Below are positions 27,135 through 37,000 of a stretch of DNA of 64,000 nucleotides, in pieces. Source of the DNA: Chloroflexota bacterium (lineage in GTDB: Bacteria > Chloroflexota > Dehalococcoidia > Dehalococcoidales > UBA2162); assembly GCA_043812795.1 (NCBI GenBank), contig JBDRLU010000068.1:6208-70207 (forward strand). The letters are read 5' to 3'. A program made the position numbers and the translations under genes. The notes beneath the pieces were generated by a model, which saw only the letters and a program-made list of their open reading frames with translations, was not told where the DNA came from and ran no database searches. Each line of letters opens with the position of its first letter. Position 1 is the stretch's first letter.

Positions 27135-27951
27135 ACCAGCCTGGTGTCCCGGCTGCGGGAACTTCGGCATTCTGCGAGCGCTGAATAAGGCGCTGGTCGA
27201 ATTGAATATCGGGCCTCAGCAGGTGCTTCTCGTTTCCGGTATCGGACAGGCCGGGAAATTACCGCACTATACGCGGGGTAATGTTTTCAATTCTCTTCAC
27301 GGTCGGCCGGTGTCTCCGGCTGTTGGTGCCAAGATAACCAATCCGGAGCTGATTGTTATTGCCGTCAGCGGTGACGGTGATGCCTATGGTGAAGGTGGTA
27401 ATCACTGGCTGCATACCATGCGCCGTAATCACAATATTACCTATCTGGTGCATAATAATCAGGTCTATGCCTTGACTAAGGGGCAAGCCTCGCCGACCAG
27501 CGATGCCGGTTATGTAACTAAGACAACGCCGCTCGGCGCTACTCTGCCCATAAATCCGCTGGCCGTGGCGATTGCTGCCGGCGCCACATTCGTGAGCCGG
27601 GGTTATGCCGGCAATATCAATCACCTGGCCGACCTTATCAAGATGGGAATTCAACACAAGGGATTTGCCCTAATCGATATTCTCCAGCCCTGCGTTACCT
27701 TCAATCGGAAAAATACCTTTGACTGGTATGGGGAGAGAGTCTATCCGCTGGATGGTAGCTATGACCCGGAGAATAAATTGGGTGCTTTTGAGAAGGCCCA
27801 GGAATGGGGCGACCGGATTCCGATTGGCATCATCTACCGTGAGGAACGGCCTACTTTCGAAGAACAGATTCCGGCTTTGTCGAAAGGAACGCTGGTCAGC
27901 CGGAAACTTGAGCCGAAAGATGCCGAAGCCCTGTTTGATGAGTTCATTTAG
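27103..27951 (+). CDS. korB: 2-oxoacid:ferredoxin oxidoreductase beta (TPP-binding) subunit
   Basis: I chose the ATG after AAGGAGG. It has WCPGCGNFGIL and GDGDAYGEGGNH TPP motifs and overlaps korA by 32 nt. Confidence 0.85.
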   Translation: MVTLAQYSSLKPAWCPGCGNFGILRALNKALVELNIGPQQVLLVSGIGQAGKLPHYTRGNVFNSLHGRPVSPAVGAKITNPELIVIAVSGDGDAYGEGGNHWLHTMRRNHNITYLVHNNQVYALTKGQASPTSDAGYVTKTTPLGATLPINPLAVAIAAGATFVSRGYAGNINHLADLIKMGIQHKGFALIDILQPCVTFNRKNTFDWYGERVYPLDGSYDPENKLGAFEKAQEWGDRIPIGIIYREERPTFEEQIPALSKGTLVSRKLEPKDAEALFDEFI

Positions 27952-28039
27952 CGACGAGAAAGGGCAGGCTGCAGATGAGTAAAGGTACAGGTGCTATGGT
28001 AAAATTAGGGAAAAACACAAAGCTAAAAAGGAGGGACAG

Positions 28040-28285
28040 ATGCTGAAAATCGCTTCGAAGACCAAACTCAAGCCCGAGCAGGTAATAAAGAAGGCCGTGG
28101 AATTCTTTGGCCCAAGTGGTAATAAACTTAAAGTAACGGAGCAAAGTGAAGCCTGCGTCTCATTTGAAGGGATGGGTGGTATGGTGCGGGTAGATGTTTG
28201 TCCTCAAGGCAAACTGACTGAAGTGGTCATGGAGACCAGGGAATTCGAATATCAGGCGAAAGAGTTTCTCCAGAAAATCAAGTAA
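28040..28285 (+). CDS. Hypothetical 81-aa protein
   Basis: An AAAGGAGGG RBS is present. I recognise no family. Confidence 0.45.
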   Translation: MLKIASKTKLKPEQVIKKAVEFFGPSGNKLKVTEQSEACVSFEGMGGMVRVDVCPQGKLTEVVMETREFEYQAKEFLQKIK

Positions 28286-28296
28286 GGAGGTGTGCC

Positions 28297-28665
28297 GTGA
28301 AATGCAGCCGATGTGGCCGTGAACTTACGGAGGACCAGAGCTTTGTCTATCAGGGCAAAGTGATGTGTGAGAACTGCGTGATGGACGTCGGGTTGACCCT
28401 CAAACAATGTGACCCGTGGGCTACTTTTGTCGAGACCAGTTCTCGAAAACGCCGCGGGCTGGTGGGTAGTGCCGGCCTTAACGAGACCGAGGCCAAGATT
28501 TACGACTTCGTCAAGAGCAAAGGGAAGACCACCCGAGAGGAAGTTATGGCTAACCTCGGCCTGACGGCAGTTGATTTAAACGCACAACTAGTGCCTTTGA
28601 TGCATTCCGAACTGGTCAAAGAGCTCGGCGAGAAAGGTAAATTGTACCTGGTCCCGATAGATTAG
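28297..28665 (+). CDS. Zn-ribbon + winged-helix-like hypothetical protein
   Basis: GTG start after AAGGAGG. CSRCG...CENC is followed by ETEAKIYDFVKSKGKTTREEVMANLGL, which is wHTH-like. Confidence 0.5.
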   Translation: MKCSRCGRELTEDQSFVYQGKVMCENCVMDVGLTLKQCDPWATFVETSSRKRRGLVGSAGLNETEAKIYDFVKSKGKTTREEVMANLGLTAVDLNAQLVPLMHSELVKELGEKGKLYLVPID

Positions 28666-28710
28666 GTACGCTACACACCCACGCTGGCAAGGAATAGAGG
28701 AGGGTAACGA

Positions 28711-29526
28711 ATGCTTGTTATTGCGAATAATCTGACCACACGGCGGAGCCTGATTGAACGAATTTTCCGGCAATCGCAGGCGGCGAAGTGGGACTCCGAA
28801 CAGCCGGCCGCCGACAAGCTGAAAGAGACGGCCCGACAGTGTGCTGCGGCGGGTGCCAATCTGCTTGAAATCGATACTCAGCAGCATTTTGACCGACCTG
28901 AAGCCGTGGAATTTGCCGTTAAAGCGGTTCAGCAAGCTACTAACCTGCCATTATGTTTGAGCACGAACAATGTCGAGGCACTGGAAGCCGGACTGCGACT
29001 TTGCCGGCGCCCACCTTTGGTCAATTACGTTTCTATTGACGTGACCAGGATTAAAGAAGTACTGCCGCTTGTAGCTAAATATCAAGCTGAAGTTGTCCTG
29101 CTCGTCAGTGACCCGGCGGCACCGACGGATGCCCGGGAGATGTTGGAGAAAGCAGCTATCCTCATCGGTGCGGCTAACGAAGCCGGAGTCCCCAGCAGCC
29201 GTATCCTCGTTGACCCGGGAATAATCCATATCAGCAAGGATATCGGGCAACGTCACCTGGCTGAGGTGTTTGAGTTTCTCCGTGCTTTATCCGAGGCGAC
29301 CGAACCGCCGGTAAGGAGCACCTGCTGGCTGAGCAATATCTCGGCAGCAGCGCCGCGGCGATTTCATTGGCTTCTCGAAACCTCACTTTTACTTACGCTT
29401 GCCGGAGCCGGTCTTTCTTCTGTTTTTATTGATGTTTTGCAGCGGGAAAACCGGCGCGCCCTTCGCCTGGTCAGGATATTCAATAACGAGCTGGTCTATT
29501 CCGATGGTGAGCTTTCCCTCTCGTAG
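28711..29526 (+). CDS. Divergent pterin-binding (DHPS/MtrH-like TIM barrel) domain protein
   Basis: 271 aa. MLVIANNL..., GANLLEIDT, LCLSTNN, NYVS and VDPGI follow the pterin-binding methyltransferase layout colinear with 15969-16766, but the sequence is much diverged. Confidence 0.5.
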   Translation: MLVIANNLTTRRSLIERIFRQSQAAKWDSEQPAADKLKETARQCAAAGANLLEIDTQQHFDRPEAVEFAVKAVQQATNLPLCLSTNNVEALEAGLRLCRRPPLVNYVSIDVTRIKEVLPLVAKYQAEVVLLVSDPAAPTDAREMLEKAAILIGAANEAGVPSSRILVDPGIIHISKDIGQRHLAEVFEFLRALSEATEPPVRSTCWLSNISAAAPRRFHWLLETSLLLTLAGAGLSSVFIDVLQRENRRALRLVRIFNNELVYSDGELSLS

Positions 29527-29569
29527 TCGTATCCCTTAGAGTACGGTCTTCTTCCTTCCAGAGATTTCA

Positions 29570-29665
29570 AGAGAAGGGGGCGAAAAGCCCCCCTTCTCTT
29601 TTACTCAACTCCCCCTTCCCACGGGAGGGGAGACAGAGGGAAGGGGGTTCCTCTTCAAATGTCAT
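29570..29665. repeat. Mosaic GC-rich multi-hairpin intergenic element
   Basis: Hairpin AGAGAAGGGGGC-GAAAA-GCCCCCCTTCTCT lies at 29570-29599. A 10-bp perfect stem CCCCCTTCCC/GGGAAGGGGG lies at 29611-29647. It ends in AAATGTCAT. Confidence 0.6.
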
Positions 29666-29724
29666 AATTTTGTTACGTCTTCGGTCGTCATTTTATGATT
29701 TTGCTATGAATTTCCCTCTAAAAT

Positions 29725-29940
29725 ATGGCTATGAAAGTAAGAATCGACCGGGAACTATGTATCGGACTGAGCAACTGTGTGGTGATTGCCCCTACCGTCT
29801 TCAAGCTCGATGCCGAGAATAAAGCTATTATTCTCGACCCGTCTTCCGTTAATGAAGAGAAACTAACGGAGGCGGCGGAAAGCTGCACCCAGAATGCCAT
29901 CATTATCGAAGACGATGAGGGTAATCAGCTATATCCCTGA
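29725..29940 (+). CDS. Small ferredoxin with only three cluster Cys (probable [3Fe-4S] type)
   Basis: 71 aa. It reads DRELCIGLSNCVVIAP...AAESCTQNAI. The usual CxxCxxC is CxxLxxC here and the distal Cys lacks the following Pro. Confidence 0.6.
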   Translation: MAMKVRIDRELCIGLSNCVVIAPTVFKLDAENKAIILDPSSVNEEKLTEAAESCTQNAIIIEDDEGNQLYP

Positions 29941-30001
29941 TGCTGATAACCTTGGCCAGTCCGGCTCAATAATATCGAATCATAAGGAAGGAGGTTAAGC
30001 T

Positions 30002-30484
30002 ATGGCCGAAAAGGAAAAGATGGCTATCGTTGTTTTCAGCGGCGAGCTGGACCGTGCCCTCGCCGCCTTTATTTTAGCGACGACCGGTGCCAGTATGGGA
30101 ATGGAAGTCAGTATGTTCTTCACCTTCTGGGGGCTAAATATCATTCAGAAGAATGAAGGTAGTATTAAGAGCCAAGGGTTGATGAGAAAGATGTTCAACT
30201 GGATGAACCGGGGTGGCTCTAGAAGGCTAAAACTTTCCCAGTTCAATATGCTTGGTCTCGGCCCCTGGATGATAGGGAGACTGATGAAAGAAATGAAGAT
30301 GCCGTCTATCGATGAGTTTATTGATATGGCCCATCAGATGGGAGTGAAGCTTATTGCCTGTACGACTTCCTGTGGCATAATGGGAGTGCCTGAGGAAGCT
30401 TTCCGAGCTGAAGTTAGCAGCCTCGCCGGTGCGGCTTATTTTTTGAACGAGGCCCGTCAGGCCAAAGTGACACTTTTTATCTAG
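30002..30484 (+). CDS. DsrE/DsrF-like (COG2210) sulfur-relay family protein
   Basis: 160 aa. KMAIVVFSGELDRALAAFILATTGASMGMEVSMFFTFWGL and the C-terminal LIACTTSCGIMG follow the DsrE-like fold pattern. Confidence 0.65.
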   Translation: MAEKEKMAIVVFSGELDRALAAFILATTGASMGMEVSMFFTFWGLNIIQKNEGSIKSQGLMRKMFNWMNRGGSRRLKLSQFNMLGLGPWMIGRLMKEMKMPSIDEFIDMAHQMGVKLIACTTSCGIMGVPEEAFRAEVSSLAGAAYFLNEARQAKVTLFI

Positions 30485-30509
30485 GTTCAGTGGGCAGAAG
30501 GAGATAGAG

Positions 30510-30743
30510 ATGAAAGCTGATGATTCACTCGACTGTGTAGGTTTATATTGTCCGATGCCGATTGTAAAGACGGCGCAAAAAATCAAGCAACTCAAAACCG
30601 GGCAGGTACTCGAAGTGCTGGCGGATGACGTGGGTATCAAACAGGACATGCCGGCCTGGTGTCAGGCTACGGGACACGAGTTTCTTGGCGTAGAAGAAGG
30701 CGGCAAAGAAATAAAAGTCTATGTGAAAAAGACCCACGATTAA
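30510..30743 (+). CDS. tusA: TusA/SirA-family sulfurtransferase
   Basis: 77 aa. It has the LDCVGLYCPMPIVK (CPxP) active-site motif and LEVLADD. Confidence 0.85.
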   Translation: MKADDSLDCVGLYCPMPIVKTAQKIKQLKTGQVLEVLADDVGIKQDMPAWCQATGHEFLGVEEGGKEIKVYVKKTHD

Positions 30744-30782
30744 GTTCTATTCGTTTTCTGCCTGGCTTTTCCTTAAAGTACG

Positions 30783-30890
30783 ACCTCACCCCTGCCCCTC
30801 TCCTAAAAGGAGAGGGGAATTTTGAATAAGAGGGCGGAGCCCTCTTCTGTCAACTCCTTAAAATTGTCATTCCAGCGAAAGCTGGAATCC
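30783..30890. repeat. Mosaic intergenic element, three hairpin modules
   Basis: Module 1 is ACCTCACCCC..CCCCTCTCC-TAAAA-GGAGAGGGG (9-bp perfect stem). Module 2 is AAGAGGGC-GGA-GCCCTCTT. Module 3 is TGTCATTCCAGC-GAAA-GCTGGAATCC. The element is colinear with 43823-43912. Confidence 0.7.
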
Positions 30891-30912
30891 ATTGGCAAGA
30901 TCTGCACGTATT

Positions 30913-31746
30913 CTAGAATTGCTCGATAAACCGGGCAATCTGGTCGAAGGTAAAGACCGGGCCGTCTTTGCAGATATATTTCTCACCGACGTTACAGCGG
31001 GCACACTTGCCCAGTCCGCACTTCATTTTGCCTTCGAGCGTGGTAACAATCTGATTGCTGGTGAAGCCAAGTGTCTTCAATTCGGTGAGAACGAACTTTA
31101 TCATTATCGGCGGCCCACAGGTGATGGCCATGGCGTTTTCCGGAGATAGTTTTAGTTCCTTCACCACCGCCGGTATCAGGGCTACCCGTCCCGTCCATTC
31201 CTCGTCACCACGATCCACGGTGAGTTCCAGGCGTGTTTTCGGCGAGCTCGACCAGGTGTCGAACTCATTGGCAAAGACTAGGTCTTGCGGAGTGCGGGCA
31301 CCATTGATAATAGTGAGCTGGCCGTAGCCGTCCCGGCGGTCGATGATGGTATTGATTACCGGACGCAGGGGCGCCATACCGATACCACCGCCGATGATAT
31401 AGATATTTTTCCCTTTATAGTCGTCCAGAGGAAAATAGTTACCGAAAGGGCCTCTGACTCCTACCCGGGCGCCGGCCTCGAGGTCGTGTAGGGCGCTGGT
31501 GACAGTGCCGATACGTCTGACGGCAAACTCCAGGGGTCCCTTGCGGCCGGCTACCGAGGTAATACCGAAGGGAGCTTCACCCACACCGAAAGCAGAGAGA
31601 AAAGCGAACTGTCCGGGACGGTAATCTATTTTCTCAACAACCGCCGGGTCTTCCAGCCTGACGCTCATGAGCTTGATATCCGGCGTCAGGTCGGTTACGT
31701 TCTCCAGCGTTCCCAGATAAGGAAGAAAAGGACTATCGGACGGCAT
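30913..31746 (-). CDS. FAD/NAD(P)-binding oxidoreductase with C-terminal [2Fe-2S] (FlxA / AsrB / HydG-like)
   Basis: 277 aa. It has RPGQFAF, a GGGIGMAP dinucleotide motif and C-terminal CGLGKCARC. Confidence 0.75.
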   Translation of the reverse strand: MPSDSPFLPYLGTLENVTDLTPDIKLMSVRLEDPAVVEKIDYRPGQFAFLSAFGVGEAPFGITSVAGRKGPLEFAVRRIGTVTSALHDLEAGARVGVRGPFGNYFPLDDYKGKNIYIIGGGIGMAPLRPVINTIIDRRDGYGQLTIINGARTPQDLVFANEFDTWSSSPKTRLELTVDRGDEEWTGRVALIPAVVKELKLSPENAMAITCGPPIMIKFVLTELKTLGFTSNQIVTTLEGKMKCGLGKCARCNVGEKYICKDGPVFTFDQIARFIEQF

Positions 31747-32731
31747 TGCTGGCTCCTATCTTCTGTACTTCGGTAATAACTTCCCGTATATCAATATTCA
31801 CCGGACAGTGCTTCACGCAGCGACCGCAGCCAGTACAACCGGTCACCGCGAAGTTTTCCGGCATGTAAAGCAGCTTGTGATAGAAACGCTGGCGGAGCCT
31901 GGCCCCTTTGGTCGGGCGGGGGTCATAGCCACCGGCAATGCGGGTGAACCCGGCGGACTGGCAGCTTTCCCAGGTACGCAGCCGTTCTATCTTACCGTGA
32001 ACTGTATCATCCCGGATATCGAAGCAATAGCACACCGGGCAAACATAGGAACATAAATTACAGTGCAGGCAGCGGTCGGCGAGGCGGTTCCAGTAAGGGG
32101 ACTCGAAGACCCGTCTCATCGTTTCACTGATGGCTTTGGTGGAGACCCGGGTTGGTAAGGGAGGCGCTGCCACCGTTACCGGTTCGTCCTTTGCCCCTTT
32201 GACCAGAGCGAGTAGGGCCTTGCCCTTCTCGGTCGTTGTTTTGACGGAATATGAATCACCGGCTGGGGTCAACAGGATATCGACATGGGAAGCGTCGTCG
32301 GGGGCAGTGCCCAGGCTGGTACAGAAACACTCCGGGGAAGCCTTGGTACAGGCAAGTCCGATAAGGACCGTAGCCTCCCGGTGCTGCCGGTAATTAACGT
32401 CAGCCGGTGTGTCCAGGAAAGGCTTGTCCAGTACCGCCAGTCCCAAGGCATCGCAAGGGCGGATACCGAAAATAATCGATTTTTCTTTGACTTCCGTGCC
32501 GACAAGCGCGGCATTGTCTCCATTTTCCATGGTAAAAAGTGTTTCGGTGGCTGGGAAAAACCATTCCTTAGGAGAGAGAGTTGTATTGGCGAAGTCGAGG
32601 ATAATATCCTCTACGTTGTTAGTCACACTAAAAAGGGTGAGGCCGTTGACCTGTAATGGTGCGATAAGCCGGTGCGTTTTGGCCAGTTGTCCCAGCCAGG
32701 CCAGTAAGGCGCTCTTAGTCAGGACTAACAT
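31733..32731 (-). CDS. Fe-S protein, FlxB / AsrA / sulfhydrogenase-beta-like
   Basis: 332 aa. It has CLHCNLCSYVCPVCYC and CTGCGRCVKHCP, and overlaps the downstream gene by 14 nt. Confidence 0.7.
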   Translation of the reverse strand: MLVLTKSALLAWLGQLAKTHRLIAPLQVNGLTLFSVTNNVEDIILDFANTTLSPKEWFFPATETLFTMENGDNAALVGTEVKEKSIIFGIRPCDALGLAVLDKPFLDTPADVNYRQHREATVLIGLACTKASPECFCTSLGTAPDDASHVDILLTPAGDSYSVKTTTEKGKALLALVKGAKDEPVTVAAPPLPTRVSTKAISETMRRVFESPYWNRLADRCLHCNLCSYVCPVCYCFDIRDDTVHGKIERLRTWESCQSAGFTRIAGGYDPRPTKGARLRQRFYHKLLYMPENFAVTGCTGCGRCVKHCPVNIDIREVITEVQKIGASNAVR

Positions 32732-33582
32732 CAGTCGCCACCCCCCAGCTTTTCATCCTTTTTGAAGGTGGCGAAAGGCGGTACTTCGGTGGCATTTAAG
32801 CCAGCCTGGAAGCCGAACTGTTCCCGGACTTCCTTTTCCAGTTTCTGATTGAGCCGGCTGAGCGGGACACCGATCGGGCAGACCCGCTGGCATTCCTCGC
32901 AGCCGGAGCAGCGACCGGCCAGATGGAAAGCCCGGATAATGTGCCAGATTTCGTTTTCGGCGGGGGCAATCTTGATACCAACCCAGAGCGGGTCGAGCTG
33001 CTCGACGAAACATTCCGGACAATAGCAGGCGGGACATACCTGGCGGCAGGCATAACAGCGCAGGCAACGCGAGAAATGTTCCGCCCAGAAAGCCCGCCTT
33101 TGTTCCGTACTCTTGGCTTCGATTTCAGCCACGTCGGTATAGGCAGGGGCTAGTGCTGGCTCTTCTTTTGCCTCACCGATGAGAAAGTCATAGACTACCG
33201 GCGTATGCTGGAGGCAGTCGCAGCAGCGGGTCGGCTGTTTTTCACTGCGGTGGTACCAACTGCTTTCCACCATTCCCGGACAGACCACGCCGATGATAAA
33301 AACCTGGTCACGCTGGATTTGGTTCTCGTTGAGGAGTAGATTGATAGCCCGCGAGTCACAGCCTTTGACAACAATGCCGGTTGGCTTGCCTTTCCTATCC
33401 AGTAAATACTTAACTAGGTTATGCACGCAGGTCTCGTCGAAAATAAGTCTATCGGTCTCGGCCGGTTCATAGGCAAAGAACGGCCGGGCGGTGATTCCAT
33501 CGCTGGCCCTCTCGTAGCCGATGACGCACTCTACCTTCTTGCTGGTCAGCAGTTCTCTGGCTTTGTCTCGTATCAGTTGCAC
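32731..33582 (-). CDS. Fe-S protein, FlxC-like
   Basis: 283 aa. It has CLRCYACRQVCPACYCPEC and CSGCEECQRVCP. The TGATG junction links it to the next gene. Confidence 0.65.
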   Translation of the reverse strand: MQLIRDKARELLTSKKVECVIGYERASDGITARPFFAYEPAETDRLIFDETCVHNLVKYLLDRKGKPTGIVVKGCDSRAINLLLNENQIQRDQVFIIGVVCPGMVESSWYHRSEKQPTRCCDCLQHTPVVYDFLIGEAKEEPALAPAYTDVAEIEAKSTEQRRAFWAEHFSRCLRCYACRQVCPACYCPECFVEQLDPLWVGIKIAPAENEIWHIIRAFHLAGRCSGCEECQRVCPIGVPLSRLNQKLEKEVREQFGFQAGLNATEVPPFATFKKDEKLGGGD

Positions 33583-34005
33583 CTACTTGCCTCTTTCCGC
33601 CGGTTGCCTTGGCCCCAAATCGATAAGCTGCTGGGTAAAGGAAGCGACCACTTCCGAGAACCTCTTGCCCTCTGCCGCCGAGACCCATTCGATGCGAAGA
33701 CGTTCCGGCTGAATGCCCAGGTAGTCGAGGAGAGGCTTGAGCAAAGCAAAGCGACGGCGGGTATGATAGTTGCCCTCGACGTAGTGACAATCGCCGGGGT
33801 GACAGCCGGCGACCAGAATACCGTCGGCGCCCTGTTGAAAACTTTTGACGATGAAAAGCGGGTCAACCCGCGCCGAGCAGGGCACACGGATAATACGGAT
33901 GTGGGGTGGGTAGGCGATACGGCTGGTACCGGCCATATCCGCACCCGCGTAGCTGCACCAGTTACACAGGAAGCCGACGATGCGGGGCTGGAAGGCTACC
34001 GCCAT
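33583..34005 (-). CDS. mvhD: MvhD/FlxD-type (methyl-viologen-reducing hydrogenase delta-like) protein
   Basis: 140 aa. IVGFLCNWCSYAGADMAG...IRVPCSARV...GADGILVAGCHPGDCHY is the MvhD signature. Confidence 0.85.
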   Translation of the reverse strand: MAVAFQPRIVGFLCNWCSYAGADMAGTSRIAYPPHIRIIRVPCSARVDPLFIVKSFQQGADGILVAGCHPGDCHYVEGNYHTRRRFALLKPLLDYLGIQPERLRIEWVSAAEGKRFSEVVASFTQQLIDLGPRQPAERGK

Positions 34006-37000
34006 AAACTCATCACCTCGGAGAGCAACTGCTGGTTGGTAAAGCCGCGCAGGTTAATCGCTTTGGTACGGCAGGTGGCGTTACACAGGCCACAGCCTTT
34101 GCACAGGCTCTCGTTGACCACAGCCACCGTCTGGCCATCGCGCAGTACCTGAGTATCAATCGCTTTGAAGGGACAGACCTGGGTGCAAAGCAGACAGCCG
34201 CTGCAAAGCTCCGGCCTGACCGCGCATACCACGGCTTCGGCGCTGGCTGAAGCTTTGACGAGTATCGTTGCTGCCCGGGAAGCGGCCGCCTGGGCTTGAA
34301 CGATACATTCCTCGATAGACTTCGGACTGTGGGCCAGGCCGCACATGAAAATACCGTCGGTGACAAAGTCCACGGGGCGGAGCTTCATGTGGGCTTCCAG
34401 GAAGAAACCGTCCTCATTCAGCGGTACTTTGAGGAGCTGGGATAGTTCTTTGTTAGTATTGGGGGGAACAGTCGCTGAGCTTAGAGCGATGAGGTCTGCA
34501 TCCAGCATCAGACGCTGGCCTAACGTTGGGTCGGTGACAATGACCTTCAGAACGGATTGACCATTCTGCTGGACTGTTTGGACATCGGGCTTATCGTCCA
34601 CATCATAGCGGATGAAATTGACTCCCTGCTCGGCAGCAGCGCGATAGTAGTCTTCCTTGAACCCGTAAGTCCTCATATCCCGGTAGAGAACATAAATTTC
34701 CATTTGCGGGTTTATCTCTTTCAGCTTCAAAGCGTTCTTAACGGCCTGGCTGCAGCATACCCGGCTGCAATACTGCCTCTCGTTATCCCTGGAGCCGACG
34801 CACTGAATCATGACCAGATTCTGGCATTTGTTCACCCGCTCACTGGTATTGGCTATCTCCGCCTCCAGTTCAAGCGAAGTTAATACCCTGGGGTCATGGC
34901 CGTATAAATATTCGGTAGGTTTGAGTTCCTCGGCACCGGTAGCCACGATAGTCACGCCGTGGGCTATCTCTTGTTCTGACTGTTCAGGTCCGCTCGTCAG
35001 GCGGGTAGTGAAATTACCGACGTAACCAGTGAATTGAGTAATACTGGCTTCGGTATAAACCTTAATCAAGGGATTCTCTCGGGCTTGACGGATGATTTCT
35101 TGGAGGTAATCCTGCACATCCCCTCCCTCCGCCGTATAGTGGATTCTACCGGCCATCCCGCCCAGCTGTTTTGTCTTCTCTACCAGATGGACTTCAAATC
35201 CCTGGTTAGCCAGCGAGAGAGCGCTGACCATCCCGGCAACACCGCCGCCAATGACCAGCGCGGCGCGGGTTATGTTGTAGGATAATGGGTAGAGCGGCCT
35301 GAGGAGTCTGGCTTTGGTGACGGCTATTCGTATCAGGTCTTGTGCCTTGGTAGTGGCGGCCTCAGCCTCGGCCCGGTGTACCCAAGCACACTGCTCGCGG
35401 ATATTAGCCATCTCGAATAAGTAAGGGTTCAGCCCGGCCTCTTTCAAGGCCTCTCTGAATACGGGTTCATGCGTCCGTGGCGTACAGGCGGCCACCACCA
35501 CGCGGTTTAATCTTTTCTCCTTAATCGTTTCGCCGATGTGAGTGATGGAATCAACGGAACAACTGAAAGTAGTATCCTCGGCGTGGATGACACCATGAAG
35601 ACTACGGGCATATTCCACGACACTGCCAATATCCACGACACTGGCGATGTTCGTCCCGCAGTGGCAGACGAAGACACCCACCCTCGGTGGCTCTCTGGAG
35701 ACATCTCGTTCCGGCGGGTATTCCTTCTCCGCGATGAGTGTCCCTCGTTCGTCGGAGAGGAGTTGTGCCGCCAGTGAGGCGGCACCGCTGGCCATGGTGA
35801 CCGAATCCGGAATATCCATCGGTGCGCGGAATACTCCGCAGGCATAGATTCCCGACCGCGAGGTCGCCACCGGCGAAAAAATAGAATTACCGCAGAAACC
35901 GGAGGGAGTCGTTTCAATAAATAACTTATCGGCGAGTTGTCGGGAACTGACCGGCGAGGTCAGGCCGACGGACAGGACCACAAGGTCGAACTCTTCGTCC
36001 GTTACTCCGGTACCATCGAGGCGGTGCCTGACCACCACATTTTTGGTATCCGGTGTTTCGCCTAGAATTGACACTTTGCTCCAGACGAACTGGACGCCCG
36101 GAGTGTTTTGGGCCCGCTCGTAATACCGTTCGAAACCTTTACCATAAGCCCGGATGTCGTTGTGAAAGACGACCGCCTCAAGCCGAGAATCGTGTTCCTT
36201 GGAGAGAATCACCTGCTTGATGGCGTACATGCAGCATACCGCCGAACAATAGGTATTACCGGCGGTCGTGTCCCGGGAACCGACGCACTGAATCCAGGCT
36301 ATCTTCTTCGGATGCTTTCTATCCGAGGGACGCAATAGCTCTCCGCCGTACGGTCCTGAAGCACTCAGGATACGTTCGAATTCAAGGCTGGTAATGACAT
36401 TGCTTAACCTGTGATAGCCGTACTGGCTCTGTACTTGCGGCTCGAACGTTTCATAGCCTGGGGCCAGGATGACACTGCCAACCTCGACGTCCAGTTTCTT
36501 CTCCTGCTGGTGGAAATCAATGGCTTTATTGGCACAGACCGGCACGCAAATCTGGCACTCTTTCCTTAAGAGAAAGAGACAGTGGGCCGGGTCAACCACA
36601 CGGGCGGCCGGGACTGCCTGTGGAAAATGGGCATGAATATTTTTCACGCTCGCCAAATCTTCATTATAATTATCGGCGATTTTTACCGGACAGTACTCGG
36701 CACAGGTGCCGCAGCCGGTGCACTTATCGATATCGACGTAGCGCGGCTCCTGAAGCAGGGTCACTTTGAAATTCCCCGCCTCGCCGGTAATGCCATCAAC
36801 CTGAGCGCCCGTGATGATGGAAATATTGGGGTTTCGCGAGCATTCGATAAATTTGGGTGATAAGATACACATGGAGCAGTCGTTGGTAGGAAAAGTCTTG
36901 TCCAGTTGGGCCATTTTGCCGCCGATGGAGGGTAGCTTCTCGACCAGATAGACCTTGAAGCCGGAATTAGCCAGGTCGAGGGCAGCCTGGATACCGCTGA

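Noticed and set aside
33421-34152. 243-aa plus-strand ORF, and similar long antisense ORFs (14176-14724, 16088-16708, 18446-19123, 26486-27037, 47463-48011, 49494-50300, 53050-53610, 8733-9203).
   Set aside because: Each lies entirely antisense to or out of frame with an ORF carrying strong family motifs. This is typical of shadow frames in GC-rich coding DNA, and none has an RBS or motifs.
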